This document shows, in pieces, positions 20,016 through 30,381 of a stretch of 64,000 nucleotides of DNA; position 1 is the stretch's first letter; every line of letters begins with the position of its first letter. Position numbers and translations under genes: made by a program. The stretch is from Candidatus Eiseniibacteriota bacterium (GTDB lineage: Bacteria > Eisenbacteria > RBG-16-71-46). The DNA lies in contig JBGAML010000002.1 in assembly GCA_044223005.1 (NCBI GenBank), positions 192,001 through 256,000 of the forward strand. Direction: 5' to 3'. Below the pieces are notes generated by a model. That model had not been told where the DNA came from. It searched no databases and saw nothing but the letters and a program-made list of their open reading frames with translations.

Positions 20016-21896
20016 TCATGGCGTCGCGACTCCGTCCCGGGGGGCGGAGCCCTCCCCGAGCCGGCCCCGCGCGTATGCCGCGATGATGTCGCGGCGGGAC
20101 AGGATCCCGAGCACGCGTCCGGGGTCGGAGGGCTCCACGACGGGCAGTTCCTCGACATCGAGCGCCATCATGCGTTGGAGGGCACGGTCGAGGTCGTCGT
20201 CGGGCGAGAGCGAGGATCTCGCCCGGCTCGCCAGGTCGTGCGCGATGGCCGGCCCGCGCTCGTCCCTGTCGTCGAGAAACTGGCGCACCTGGGCGAGCGT
20301 GATCAGGCCGGTCATCATGCCGGCGGAATCGACCACGGGGAAGCAGTGCTGGGACGACGTCATGCAGCTCTGCACGACTTCGCTCATGGAGGCCGTCTCG
20401 GGGATGGAGTGCATCGGCCGGTTTCCGAGCACCGCCCCGACGCGGAGCGATTTGAGCAGGCCGCCGAAGATGGCGCCGCGATGGGCGGGGGAGTCGAGGC
20501 GGCTCGCGACCTGGCTCCGGTACAGCGTCCAGCGCCGCGCGATCAGGTACGAGATCGCACACACCCACAGCGACGGCAGCAGGAGCTGGTAGTTCCCCGT
20601 CATCTCCGAGACCATGACGAGCGTCGAAATGGGGGTGTTCGCCGCGGCGGCGAAGAAGCCCGCCATTCCCACGGCCACGTAGGCGCCCGGCTGCGTCACG
20701 ACGTGCGGGAACCACTGGTGCGCGAGCAGTCCGACGGCGCCTCCCAGCGCGCCTCCGATCACCATGGACGGCCCGAAGACGCCGCCCGAACCTCCCGAGC
20801 CGATCGAGAGCGAGGTCGTGAGGATCTTGCCTCCCGCGAGCACGAGCAGGACGACCAGCGGGAGTTCGCCTCGAAGCGCGTGCTGGATCGAGCCGTATCC
20901 GAACGAGAGCACGTCCAGTGTCCTCACGTCGCGAACGCCGTAGTAGGCCGCGAGCGCGAGGCTGCCGGTGAGGACGCCGCCGATCATGGGCTTGAGGGCC
21001 CTGGGCAGCGCGAGCCGCTCGAAGGCCGCATGCGTGCCGTAGAACACCTTCACGAAGAGTCCCGACGCCAGCGCCACGACGATCGCGAGAACGGTGTAGG
21101 GAAGCAGCTCGCCGGCGGAGTGGAACGCGAAACGGGGCGTGTCGAACAGCGCACCGAACCCGAACTTCAGCGAGAACACGCAGTACGCGACGATGGTCGA
21201 GATGGCGGCGGGAATGATGGTGTCGGGTTCGAACTCGGGATCGGAGTAGAGCACTTCGGCGGCGAACAGCGCGCCGGCCAGCGGGGCGCGGAAGATGCTC
21301 CCCACTCCGGCGCCGACGCCGGCGGCGAGCAGGATCCGTCGCTCGCGCTCGCTCAGGCCCAACCGGGTCGCGAGGAAGGATCCGAAGCCGGCGCCGATCT
21401 GCGCGATCGGGCCCTCGCGCCCGCCAGAACCGCCGGAGCCGAGCGTCAGCGCGGACGCGATGGTCTTGACGATCGGAACGCGGCCGCGGATGACGCCGCC
21501 GCGGCGGTGGAACGCGTCCACGGCCTCGTCGGTGCCGTGACCCGCGGCCTCGGGTGCGAAGCGCTGCACGATGAGGCCCGTGAGCAGGCCACCCACTCCG
21601 GCGACGATCGGCAGCATCCACGGATGGAATGCGGAAGTGGACGGGTGGACCAGCACCGCCTCGCCCGCGGGACCTTCCATGCGCAATCCCGCCAGCTGAT
21701 CGAGGAACAGCCGCGACCCGTACTGGCAGAGGTACTGGAAGACGATCGCCCCCAGGCCCGCCACGATCCCGACCAGCGAACTCAGCGCGACGGTTCGGCC
21801 CACGGAGTGCAGCTCGAGCTGCCGCGCCTCACGGGCGATGCGACGAATCGGACTCACGTTCGACCTTTCGATGGCTTGGACCGCGTGGGGCGCCAC
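20016..21896 (-). CDS. ClC chloride channel/H+ antiporter with CBS pair
   Basis: GSGGREGP, IFRAPLAGALF, GGSGGVFGPS; C-terminal CBS domains. Confidence 0.9.
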   Translation of the reverse strand: MAPHAVQAIERSNVSPIRRIAREARQLELHSVGRTVALSSLVGIVAGLGAIVFQYLCQYGSRLFLDQLAGLRMEGPAGEAVLVHPSTSAFHPWMLPIVAGVGGLLTGLIVQRFAPEAAGHGTDEAVDAFHRRGGVIRGRVPIVKTIASALTLGSGGSGGREGPIAQIGAGFGSFLATRLGLSERERRILLAAGVGAGVGSIFRAPLAGALFAAEVLYSDPEFEPDTIIPAAISTIVAYCVFSLKFGFGALFDTPRFAFHSAGELLPYTVLAIVVALASGLFVKVFYGTHAAFERLALPRALKPMIGGVLTGSLALAAYYGVRDVRTLDVLSFGYGSIQHALRGELPLVVLLVLAGGKILTTSLSIGSGGSGGVFGPSMVIGGALGGAVGLLAHQWFPHVVTQPGAYVAVGMAGFFAAAANTPISTLVMVSEMTGNYQLLLPSLWVCAISYLIARRWTLYRSQVASRLDSPAHRGAIFGGLLKSLRVGAVLGNRPMHSIPETASMSEVVQSCMTSSQHCFPVVDSAGMMTGLITLAQVRQFLDDRDERGPAIAHDLASRARSSLSPDDDLDRALQRMMALDVEELPVVEPSDPGRVLGILSRRDIIAAYARGRLGEGSAPRDGVATP

Positions 21897-21959
21897 GCCC
21901 GGCGGGCATCGCCCGAGGGCCCCCGTGAACGCGGCGCGCCTGCGCCGTCCCGCGGCGAA

Positions 21960-23213
21960 TCAGGCCGCGACCATTCCCGCGGACTCCTTCAACAGGTGGG
22001 CGAAGATGGCCAGGTAGTCCCGCGTTTCCCGCGGGTGGAGGAAGTTGTCCCGGACGTGCTCGCGTCCCTCGCGCCCGAGCCGGCGCCGAAGCGAGCCGTC
22101 CCGCAGCAGCCGCACCACCTGCAGCGCGCAGCCCTCCACCGAGCGCACGAGCAGGCCGGTGCGTTCGTGCATCACCTGCAGCGGGATGCCACCGACCGCG
22201 CTGGCCACCACGGCCCGGCGCTTCCACAGCGCCTCGGACACGGTGAGCGCGAAACCTTCGCGCAGCGACTTCTGGAGCACGACCGCCGACTGGCGCTGCA
22301 GCGCGTTGATGACGAGGTGCGCGTCGGGGGGCAGCGAAAGGAGCGTGATGTCGCGGCGGCCATTCGCGCGCGCCCGGGCTTCGGCCAGGACGGCGGCGCC
22401 TTCGGGGTCGTCGTCCGCGGTGCCGCCCGCGAGGACGAGGTGCGCCTTCTCGCGCCGTCGGGCGAGCAGGAAAGCGTCGATCACGCCGACGGGGTCCTTG
22501 AGTCGGTCGAAGCGCGAGACCTGGGTCACCAGCTGCGTGTCCGCGGGCAGGTCGAAGGGCGCGAGCAGCGCCTCGATCTCGGCGTCGGACAGCTCGCGGT
22601 TCTTGTCCGAGAGCGGATCGATCGACGGAGGCGCCAGGAACCCCGGCGTGGACAGCGGCGGCACGAACGACACGTGCGAGAACACGGCGGCGTCGTAGTG
22701 CTCGATCCGTGGAACGACGAAATCGAGCACGTCCGGATTGGCCTGCGACAGGTCGATGTGGCAGCGCCACAGCCAGCGCTGGCCCGGCGCCCGGCGCAGG
22801 TCGGCGAGGCCGATGGGCTGGGGATCGTGGATCAGCACCAGGTCGCCATCGAGCGCCAGCTCCGAGGCCGCGCGCCGGTTGGTCTCGAGAAAGTACTCGC
22901 GGTCCTCGGCGGTCAGCGCGCCGGGTGCTCCGTGCAGCGCGTTGTGGATCGTCTTGGTGATCTCGTAGAAGCGCGGATCGCCCGGCATCACTTCCCAACT
23001 GGTCGGGATGCCCAGCTCGTTCAGGAGCGGGACCATGCGATGGAGGATCTCGGCCACGCCGCCGCCCGTGGACGTCGAGTTGACCATCACGATGCGGTGT
23101 CCCCTCAGCGATCGCGCCAACGCCTCCAGCGAGCGCATCGCCCCGTCGCCGATGACCGCTCGATAACCGTCCACCAGCGATGCGCCGCCGGTGCTGGTGC
23201 GGACGAGCGTCAC
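21960..23213 (-). CDS. treT: trehalose glycosyltransferring synthase, GT4 family
   Basis: MVNSTSTGGGVAEIL, IHDPQP, WRCHIDLS, QVSRFDRLKDPVGVI, QKSLREGFALTVSEALWK; GTG overlaps the upstream TGA. Confidence 0.85.
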   Translation of the reverse strand: MTLVRTSTGGASLVDGYRAVIGDGAMRSLEALARSLRGHRIVMVNSTSTGGGVAEILHRMVPLLNELGIPTSWEVMPGDPRFYEITKTIHNALHGAPGALTAEDREYFLETNRRAASELALDGDLVLIHDPQPIGLADLRRAPGQRWLWRCHIDLSQANPDVLDFVVPRIEHYDAAVFSHVSFVPPLSTPGFLAPPSIDPLSDKNRELSDAEIEALLAPFDLPADTQLVTQVSRFDRLKDPVGVIDAFLLARRREKAHLVLAGGTADDDPEGAAVLAEARARANGRRDITLLSLPPDAHLVINALQRQSAVVLQKSLREGFALTVSEALWKRRAVVASAVGGIPLQVMHERTGLLVRSVEGCALQVVRLLRDGSLRRRLGREGREHVRDNFLHPRETRDYLAIFAHLLKESAGMVAA

Positions 23214-23962
23214 GACGCACCTCCGGATCGGGAGCGCCGGAGCAGCCGTTCCATGGCCCGCCGGCCGGCCTCGCGCCGGGCGTCCTCCGGAACCGCGGCC
23301 GCTTCGGCCAGGCGCCGGCCGATCAGGCTCTGGCGCCAGCGTTTCAGCAGCCGGCCCCGGGCCTTGTCGATCGGCAGGCCGGTGTGTGCGGACTCCTCGA
23401 GCCAGCGCGCGAGCTGCGGGTGATCGTTCTGCACCAGCCACTCGAGCAGTGGCGCATGGCCGGACAGGAGGAACGGCTGCTCGATCAGGTGGAAGAACCA
23501 GACCCCCGCGTCCAGCGACATCAGGGCGGTGACCAGTTCGCCCGCATCCTGCACCTCCACTCCGGCCGCGAAGCTCAAGGAGGTGGCCGACAGGAAGAGG
23601 AAGGCGCTGCCTTCGGGCGCGTCGCGTTCGATGCGCCGTTTCGCCGGCAGGGCCTCCAGCACGGAGACGATCGCGCGCCGGAGTGCCTCGGGGGTGGCGT
23701 GCCCGCCCTGCACTTCGAACGACAGGCGCTCGGCGGTCTCGGCGTCCTGCACCACGCCCCCGATCCATGACGAGAAGTCGTCCGGAGCGAGTTCCTCGGC
23801 GCCGGGATGACGCAGTTGGTGCTGGATGGCGTGCCGGAACAGCACCTCGACCGGAGCCGAGGCGATGCCATGCAGCAACTGCTCGAGATCCCGTGCCGGC
23901 GATCCCCATGGCCGGACGAGGTGCGCGACGCCGCGCAGCTCGAATGTCGTGACCGCAGGCAT
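23210..23962 (-). CDS. DUF5752 (OrfY-like) protein coupled to treT
   Basis: ARDLEQLLHGI...LFRH...DDFSSWI...AERLS pattern, second half WFFHLIE; GTGA overlap with treT. Confidence 0.6.
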   Translation of the reverse strand: MPAVTTFELRGVAHLVRPWGSPARDLEQLLHGIASAPVEVLFRHAIQHQLRHPGAEELAPDDFSSWIGGVVQDAETAERLSFEVQGGHATPEALRRAIVSVLEALPAKRRIERDAPEGSAFLFLSATSLSFAAGVEVQDAGELVTALMSLDAGVWFFHLIEQPFLLSGHAPLLEWLVQNDHPQLARWLEESAHTGLPIDKARGRLLKRWRQSLIGRRLAEAAAVPEDARREAGRRAMERLLRRSRSGGAS

Positions 23963-24666
23963 CACACGGGCCTCTTCGGTCCCTCGTCCTCGAGCGACCG
24001 CAGGTACTCGACCAGGAAATCGCGGGCCAGATCGCGACAACCCAGCCCGAAGGCCAGCGCGAGCCCCAGTCCCGTGGCCGCCACGGCCACGATGCCGACC
24101 GCCATCACGAACTGCGCCGCGAAGCCGAGCTGTTCGAGCGCCAGCAACGCGGCGAACCCGGTGAGGACGGCCGACACGACCTGTCCTTGGAATCGGGCCG
24201 CGCGGATGTCCGCCGACTCGAGGAATCGCCGGACGACGCTCCCGATGAGCAGCGCGATCAGCGATCCGACCGCGAACAGGACCGCGGACGTCACGATGCG
24301 GGGCACCACTTCGCCGAGACGCGCCGCGACGGAGCTCGCCAGGCTGAAGCCCAGCACCTCGAGCGCCAGCATCACGGCCCCGGCCATCACGAGCCAGTAG
24401 ATGATCCAGCCGGCCACCCCCGCGGGCTCGTGCCGCGCGGTGCTCCGGGTGCCGAGCACGCGGCGAATCCCCTCGTTGAATCGCGCGGCCCGCAGGACGC
24501 CTCGCACCACGCCGGACACCAGCGCCGACACGGCCCAGCCCAGGAGCAGGACGACGACGGCGACGAGCACGTTGGCCGCACCCTGGCCGGAAGCGCGTCC
24601 GAGTTCGCCGAGCCGCGAGAGCAGGCTCGACCAGGGTTCGGCGTCGAAGAGCATCAGGTTCAGCAT
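23962..24666 (-). CDS. small MscS-type transmembrane protein (TM-helix repeat)
   Basis: hydrophobic; ALLALEQLG...GLALAFGLGCRDLARDFL; GGAGGTG RBS. Confidence 0.7.
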   Translation of the reverse strand: MLNLMLFDAEPWSSLLSRLGELGRASGQGAANVLVAVVVLLLGWAVSALVSGVVRGVLRAARFNEGIRRVLGTRSTARHEPAGVAGWIIYWLVMAGAVMLALEVLGFSLASSVAARLGEVVPRIVTSAVLFAVGSLIALLIGSVVRRFLESADIRAARFQGQVVSAVLTGFAALLALEQLGFAAQFVMAVGIVAVAATGLGLALAFGLGCRDLARDFLVEYLRSLEDEGPKRPV

Positions 24667-24693
24667 GTCATCACCTCCAGAGACCGTCCGGCG

Positions 24694-26301
24694 TCAGCCG
24701 GACGCGGGCCCGGTGGCCGGGGCCGTGCCGGCCGAGGCTTCCCGGGTCGGGGTTCGGAGATCCAGGCCCACGAGCGTGTCGAGGATCTCGAGCGTCCAGT
24801 CGAATACGTTTCGTCGCATCACGATCTCGCGCAGGGCGGCCATGCGCTGGCGGCGTGACTCGGCGGGCTCGGAAAGCGCCGCGTGGTAGGCGTCGGCCAG
24901 ACCCTCGCGATCGTAGGGCGATGCGATCCAGGCCCGCTCGAGCTCGCGTGCCGCACCGGTGAAGGGCGAGAGCACGAGCGAGCCCTCGAGGTCCGTCGAT
25001 GCGGCGAGGTATTCCTTCGCCACGAGATTCATGCCGTCGTGCAGCGAGGTGACCGCGCAGAGGTCGGCGATCCGGTAGTAGGGAACCAGTTCGCGGAAGT
25101 CGAGGTTCGCCTCGATCAGGGGCACGGTGGGACCCGCCATCCGGGGGTAGCGACGATTGATGCGATCGGCCCAGCGGTGCACCCGGATCTGGACGTTGCG
25201 GTATTCCCGCAGTTCGATGCGGGAGGGCACCCCGATCTGGATGAAGGCGAATCGCCCCTGCCAGCCGGGATACTTCTCGAACATCCGCTCGAGCGCCTCG
25301 AAGCGATCGGGGATGCCCTTGGTGTAGTCGAGCCGGTCGACGCCGAGGCCGATCTTGCACCCCTGGAGCCCGAGCTCCTCGCGGATGCGCGCTTCGGCGC
25401 GCCGCGTCTCGGGACTTTCGGCGAGTGCGGCGATCTCGTCCGCATCGACGCTGATGGCGAACGGATGCACCCACGTGCGCTGCCCGACGCGATCGACGGC
25501 CAGCCGTTCCAGGTCCACCCGCGCCTCGAGCGTCTCCGCCACCGTATCGAGGAAGTTGATCGCGTGGCGCCGGATGTGGAATCCGATCAGGTCGTTCGCG
25601 AGCATCCCTTCCAGGAGTTCCTGCTTCCACGGCAGCACGCGGAACACCTCGGGATTCGGCCACGGAATGTGCCAGAACATCGCCACCTGCAGATCGGGCC
25701 GGCGCTCCTTGATGAACCTGGCCGCGAGGGCCATGTGGTAGTCCTGGATGAAGACCATCGCGGGCTCGTCGCCGACTTCCTCGAGCACGGCATCCGCGAA
25801 CCGACGATTCACGTCCCGGTAGGAGTCGAAGTCGGACAGGCGGAACCGTGGGCGCACGTACACCACGTGGCACAGCGGCCACAGGGCGCTGTTGGCGAAG
25901 CCCGAGTAGTAGCGATCGTGGTCCTCGTGCGACAGCCACAGCCGGCGCAACGCGTAGCGGGAGTGCTCCGGCGGGCATGCGATCTTGTCGCGCGCATCCA
26001 CGACTTCGCGGTCGGCGTCTCCGCTGCCGTGGGCGACCCAGACGCCGCCCAGCGCCTGCATGACGGCATCGAGCGCGACGGTCAGGCCGCCGGCATTGCG
26101 CACGACGCGGATGCTCCCGCCCTCGTGCTGATGCGAGTAGGGCTCCCGGTTGGAGACGACCACCATCTTGCGCCCGGGGAGGTGCGCCCGGACCCACGCC
26201 ACGAGTGCCTCGCGCGTGGTGCGGGGTGGCCCCTCGCTGCGCTGCTGGGTGCGGATGGCGGCACGCTGAAGTGCGACGCGCGCACGATCTCCGATCTCCA
26301 T
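24694..26301 (-). CDS. otsA: trehalose-6-phosphate synthase, GT20 family
   Basis: VVSNREPY, AGGL, YYSGFANSALWPLCH, QDYH, FWHIPWP, GVDRLDYTKGI, SLHDGMNLVAKEY. Confidence 0.93.
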   Translation of the reverse strand: MEIGDRARVALQRAAIRTQQRSEGPPRTTREALVAWVRAHLPGRKMVVVSNREPYSHQHEGGSIRVVRNAGGLTVALDAVMQALGGVWVAHGSGDADREVVDARDKIACPPEHSRYALRRLWLSHEDHDRYYSGFANSALWPLCHVVYVRPRFRLSDFDSYRDVNRRFADAVLEEVGDEPAMVFIQDYHMALAARFIKERRPDLQVAMFWHIPWPNPEVFRVLPWKQELLEGMLANDLIGFHIRRHAINFLDTVAETLEARVDLERLAVDRVGQRTWVHPFAISVDADEIAALAESPETRRAEARIREELGLQGCKIGLGVDRLDYTKGIPDRFEALERMFEKYPGWQGRFAFIQIGVPSRIELREYRNVQIRVHRWADRINRRYPRMAGPTVPLIEANLDFRELVPYYRIADLCAVTSLHDGMNLVAKEYLAASTDLEGSLVLSPFTGAARELERAWIASPYDREGLADAYHAALSEPAESRRQRMAALREIVMRRNVFDWTLEILDTLVGLDLRTPTREASAGTAPATGPASG

Positions 26302-26381
26302 GGCTCACCTCCGGGATCCGCGCACCGCTCGGGCGATGCGGGCGAACGGGTCGACGGCACCATTCCGGACCCCCTGTGGGG

Positions 26382-26423
26382 TTGACGACACGTCCAGCAT
26401 AGTCAAATATGACCGGGCGGTCA
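26382..26423 (+). promoter_or_regulatory. promoter TTGACG-N17-AAATAT plus TGACC-N4-GGTCA operator between divergent otsA and otsB
   Basis: TGACC-GGGC-GGTCA at 26410-26423. Confidence 0.65.
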
Positions 26424-26449
26424 ATTTTCACCGAAAGGGGGGGGCGAAG

Positions 26450-27253
26450 ATGCGACCCGACAACGGACTCGAAGGGATCCCCGGCATGCTGTGGGGGATG
26501 GTCGCCGTGGCGCGGCACCGTCTGCTGATGCTGGACTACGATGGAACGCTCGCTCCGTTCGCCGCGGAACGGGACAAGGCGGTTCCGCTGCCGAGTTCGC
26601 TCCGGCTCCTTCGCGAGATCGCGGGACGTGCCCACACGAGCGTCGCCGTGGTGTCGGGGCGACCGCTCGAGGAGGTGGAGCGGTTCCTCGGCGACCTGCC
26701 GGCGGTCTTCGTGGGTGAGCACGGCTGGGAGATGCGTGCGCCCAGTGGCGACGTCGTCCGGCGTCGGTTGGATGTCTCGGTCGCCTCCACCATCGACAGG
26801 GCCGAGCACGCGGCGCGGGCGGCGGGGTGGGACGAGTTCCTGGAGCGCAAGCGCTCGGCGGTCGTGCTCCATACGCGGGGGCTCCCGGAAGCGCGGGCGC
26901 GCGAGATGCACGATCGCTGCCTCGAAACCTGGGGCCAGCTCGAGGACAGTCACGTCGTGCTGGACCGGATCGACGGCGGTGTGGAGCTGCGCGCCCGGGG
27001 CCGGAACAAGGGCACGGTCGTCCTGTCGCTGCTCTCGCAATCCGAGCCCGGGACGCTGGGTGTTTTCGTCGGCGACGACGTCACCGACGAGGACGCATTC
27101 GACGTCGTGCGCGAGTGGGGGTTCGGTGTCCGGGTCGGCCATCCCGACCGGCCGACGATCGCCCAGGGGCGCCTCGCATCTTGCGAGGCGCTCCCCGGAT
27201 TCCTCGAGGAATGGCTGCGGATCACCGAGGCGGTCGAAGGGCCGCGCTCATGA
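26450..27253 (+). CDS. otsB: trehalose-6-phosphate phosphatase, HAD family
   Basis: LDYDGTLAPF, VVSGR, GEHGWE, NKG, GDDVTDEDAF. Confidence 0.92.
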   Translation: MRPDNGLEGIPGMLWGMVAVARHRLLMLDYDGTLAPFAAERDKAVPLPSSLRLLREIAGRAHTSVAVVSGRPLEEVERFLGDLPAVFVGEHGWEMRAPSGDVVRRRLDVSVASTIDRAEHAARAAGWDEFLERKRSAVVLHTRGLPEARAREMHDRCLETWGQLEDSHVVLDRIDGGVELRARGRNKGTVVLSLLSQSEPGTLGVFVGDDVTDEDAFDVVREWGFGVRVGHPDRPTIAQGRLASCEALPGFLEEWLRITEAVEGPRS

Positions 27254-28179
27254 CGCCGAACGCCTTGCGGCGGAGATTTCCGTGTTCAGCGGGACCACGA
27301 GAGTCGAGCGCCGCGCGCCCCTGAGGACGCCCTCGGCCACGCTGCCGAGCGCCAGCCGGCGGAGTCCGGTTCGCCCGTGCGTGCCGATCACGACGAGTGC
27401 CGCATTCACCGATTCGGCAGCGCCCAGGATGGCGTCCACCGCGGGCCCCTCGCGCAGCAGCACCAGGCCCTGCCCGAGGCGCTGCGAGAGTTCCTCCAGG
27501 AGCCTGCGCGCTTCCGTGCGACGGGCTTCGAGGACGGTCGGGACGTAGGAGTGCAGGAGCGTGCCCGGAGAGGCGGCGAAGCCCATCTCGGGGGTGGCGA
27601 CGACCGACATGTCCAGATCCACCGAGTGCAGCACGTAGAGCGGAAGATCGAGGCGCTCCGCCTGCGCTCGTGCCGCATGGACGGCCGGAAGCGCCGGGTC
27701 CGAGAAGTCCGTGGCCGCGAGCACGGCCGTGCCCTCCACCGGCAGGGACAGGAGGACCGGGCACGACGCGTGGCGCACGATCTTCTCGACCCGTGCGGCC
27801 GCGGACGCGCCGTCCCGTGTGCCGAACGTTCCTCCGACCACGATCAGTCCGGCCCCGATCTCCTCGGCGAGGTCGAGGACCGCCGCGTGGACCGAGCCGG
27901 ATTCGACGCGCAGGGTGGGCCTGGGCTGGGTGCCGGCGAGAGCCCGCTCGAGCTGCACCTCGAGCGCGCGGGTCGCCCATTCGCGAATCTCCCGTGCTTC
28001 CTCGCGATCGAAGACGCGAAGCTGGGGGAACAGCGGGCGAATCCGACGACCTCCGGCAGCACGTGGCAGACCACGAGTGGCGCAGGAACTCCGGACGCCA
28101 GCGTCGCCGCTTCGCGGAGTGCGCGATCGCTCCGAACGCCGAGGTCCGAGACGAAGAGGACGGTACCGTTGATGCTCAC
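27248..28179 (-). pseudogene. tandem-domain universal stress protein with a 1-bp frameshift near 28043 (real or sequencing error)
   Basis: N-terminus (V)SINGTVLFVSDLG..VCHVLPEVVG in one frame; IRPLFP...LAATDFS...GTHGRTGLRRLALGSVAE in another. Confidence 0.75.
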
Positions 28180-28248
28180 GAGCCACTCCTTTCCGCGCGG
28201 CCGGGTGCCGGGGAAGGCCGTACCGTCCGGCCGCACAGGTCGAATCTA

Positions 28249-28271
28249 TTGACAAAATGACCGCGTGGTCA
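28249..28271. promoter_or_regulatory. TGACC-N4-GGTCA operator upstream of usp
   Basis: TGACC-GCGT-GGTCA at 28258-28271, next to TTGACA at 28249 in an AT-rich patch. Confidence 0.6.
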
Positions 28272-28383
28272 AATCAACTGGATCATGTACTCCAAACGAA
28301 CCCATTCGGAAGATGGACCGGGGGGCCTCCGTATTCGAGTATTCCAACAATTGTCTGCCAGAAGTCCCGGGACGCGCGCCGGA

Positions 28384-28426
28384 TTGACGCCGCCGGCGCT
28401 TCCGAATAAAATTGACCGCATGGTCA
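28384..28426 (+). promoter_or_regulatory. sigma70 promoter TTGACG-N17-TAAAAT plus TGACC-N4-GGTCA operator
   Basis: -35 at 28384, -10 at 28407-28412, operator at 28413-28426, directly upstream of tetR. Confidence 0.75.
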
Positions 28427-28449
28427 GTGACATCCGCACCGGAGGGAGA

Positions 28450-29232
28450 ATGCCAGCTCGAAGATCGATTCCCGAAGCCCCGCCACGCGGGCGACGGGAG
28501 CATCGCAAGCACCTGACGCGTCGGGACCTGCTCGCCGCCGGACGCCGGCTCTTCGCCGAGAAGGGCCTCTACGATTCCCGCATCGAGGACCTCACGCGGC
28601 ACGCCGGCATCGCCAAGGGGACGCTCTATCTCTACTTCGCCAACAAGGCGGAGTTGATCGAGGCCGTGGTGACGAACGGTTTCAACGAACTCCTCGGCCA
28701 GGTCCATCGGGCGGCCCAGGACGCGTCGAGCCGCGAGGAGGCCGTGGCGCTGGTGGCCGAGGCGCACCTGACCTTCTTCGAGGAGAACCCCGACCTGATG
28801 CGCGTCTTCCACCAGGTGCGCGGGCTCCTGAAGTTCGACGGCCCCGAATACAAGCCGCTGCGAACCGTACTCACGAAGTACGTCACCGGCCTCGCCCAGG
28901 TGATCGCGCTGCATCCGGCGACACGGCCACCGCGGCGCGAGAACGAACTCGAGGTGGCGAAACTGCTCTTCGGGGCCATCTCGGGAGTCGCCTCCGTCCG
29001 GGCCTCGATGAACGGGAAGCCCCAGGACCGGGGCAGCCCGCGCGCGACGCTGCGCGCGCTGGTCGGGCTCGTCCATGGCTTCGAGGGTTCCGCTCGGGGA
29101 GCGATCCCGGCCGATGCCGACGCGCCCGGCCGCGGGGCGCGGAACGGAGTCGGGCGCGCGGCTGGCCGCCGAAGGTCGGTGGCCGGAACCACCGGCGCCG
29201 AGCGGAGGCGCGGGCCGGTGGGGCGACGGTGA
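28450..29232 (+). CDS. TetR/AcrR family regulator
   Basis: LLAAGRRLFAEKG...IEDLTRHAGIAKGTLYLYFANKAELI; GGAGGGAG RBS. Confidence 0.88.
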   Translation: MPARRSIPEAPPRGRREHRKHLTRRDLLAAGRRLFAEKGLYDSRIEDLTRHAGIAKGTLYLYFANKAELIEAVVTNGFNELLGQVHRAAQDASSREEAVALVAEAHLTFFEENPDLMRVFHQVRGLLKFDGPEYKPLRTVLTKYVTGLAQVIALHPATRPPRRENELEVAKLLFGAISGVASVRASMNGKPQDRGSPRATLRALVGLVHGFEGSARGAIPADADAPGRGARNGVGRAAGRRRSVAGTTGAERRRGPVGRR

Positions 29233-29259
29233 GCAACGTCGAAGTGAAGGGAGCGCGGC

Positions 29260-30336
29260 ATGGTTCGGGAAGACGTTCTGCGGTGGGCTGCCGCGGCGGG
29301 CCTGGCACTGGGGTGTGGGCTCGTCGGCCGGCTCGTGCGCCGCATGGTTGCCGGGCGACTGGCCCGGCTCTTCCGGGAGACCCGCACCGATCTGGATGAC
29401 GCGCTGCTCGGCGCGGTCTCGCCCCACGTCCCGTTCTGGTTCCTCGTACTGGGGGTGAGCCTGGGGCTTCGCTACGCGCACCCCGACGCGGGGATCGTGG
29501 CGAGGATCGACCGGTTCGCCCTGGCCGCCTTCGTCTTCTCCGTCACACTCGCGCTGGCGTCCTTCCTCACCCGGGTGATCGCGAGCCGGACGTCGCGCTG
29601 GACGGGTGCGCTGCCCGCCACCACTCTCACGCAGAATGCCGTTCGCATCGGCGTCATCGCGCTCGGCCTGCTGGTCGTGCTCGGCAATCTCGGCATCGCC
29701 ATCGCGCCGCTGCTCACCGCGCTCGGGGTCGGGTCGCTGGCGGTCGCGCTCGCCCTGCAGCCGACGCTGTCGAACCTCTTCGCCGGTTTCCACATCACGC
29801 TCGCGCGCCGCATTCGCATCGGCGATTTCGTCGAGCTGGAGACCGGCCAGCAGGGCTTCGTCGCGGACATCGGCTGGCGCTCCACGCAGATCCGCGAGCT
29901 GTCCAACAACCTCGTCGTGGTGCCCAACGCGCGCCTCGCCGAGGTGATCGTCCGCAACTACTCGCTGCCCGAGGGCGAGCAGGCGGCGTTGGTCCAGGTG
30001 GGAGTCGCGTACGGCTCCGATCTCGACGAGGTCGAGCGCATCACGATCGAAGCGGCCCGCGAGACCCAGCGCGTCGTGCAGGGGGCGGTGGCCGACTTCG
30101 AGCCCTTCATCCGTTACCACACGTTTGCGGACTCCTCGATCAACTTCACCGTGATCCTGCGTGTCCGCGAGTTCGTCGACCGCTACCTCGTCATGCACGA
30201 GTTCATCAAGCGGCTGTACCGGCGCTACTCCGAAGCCGGAATCCAGATTCCCTTCCCGCAGCGCGTCGTGCACCTGGCCACCGACAGGCGGAGGGCAAAC
30301 CTACAAGCGTCAGGCATTGGCGCCCAAGTGCGCTGA
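29260..30336 (+). CDS. mechanosensitive channel, MscS family
   Basis: LGVGSLAVALALQPTLSNLFAG, IGWRSTQIR, VPNARL, IQIPFPQR. Confidence 0.9.
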   Translation: MVREDVLRWAAAAGLALGCGLVGRLVRRMVAGRLARLFRETRTDLDDALLGAVSPHVPFWFLVLGVSLGLRYAHPDAGIVARIDRFALAAFVFSVTLALASFLTRVIASRTSRWTGALPATTLTQNAVRIGVIALGLLVVLGNLGIAIAPLLTALGVGSLAVALALQPTLSNLFAGFHITLARRIRIGDFVELETGQQGFVADIGWRSTQIRELSNNLVVVPNARLAEVIVRNYSLPEGEQAALVQVGVAYGSDLDEVERITIEAARETQRVVQGAVADFEPFIRYHTFADSSINFTVILRVREFVDRYLVMHEFIKRLYRRYSEAGIQIPFPQRVVHLATDRRRANLQASGIGAQVR

Positions 30337-30381
30337 GCCGACGCGCAACAAACCGGCATCTACCCACACCGAGGAGTTCCA

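Noticed and set aside
19746..23423. 1225-aa plus-strand ORF
   Set aside because: Antisense shadow of the ClC and treT genes; Arg/Ala/Gly-rich with no motifs
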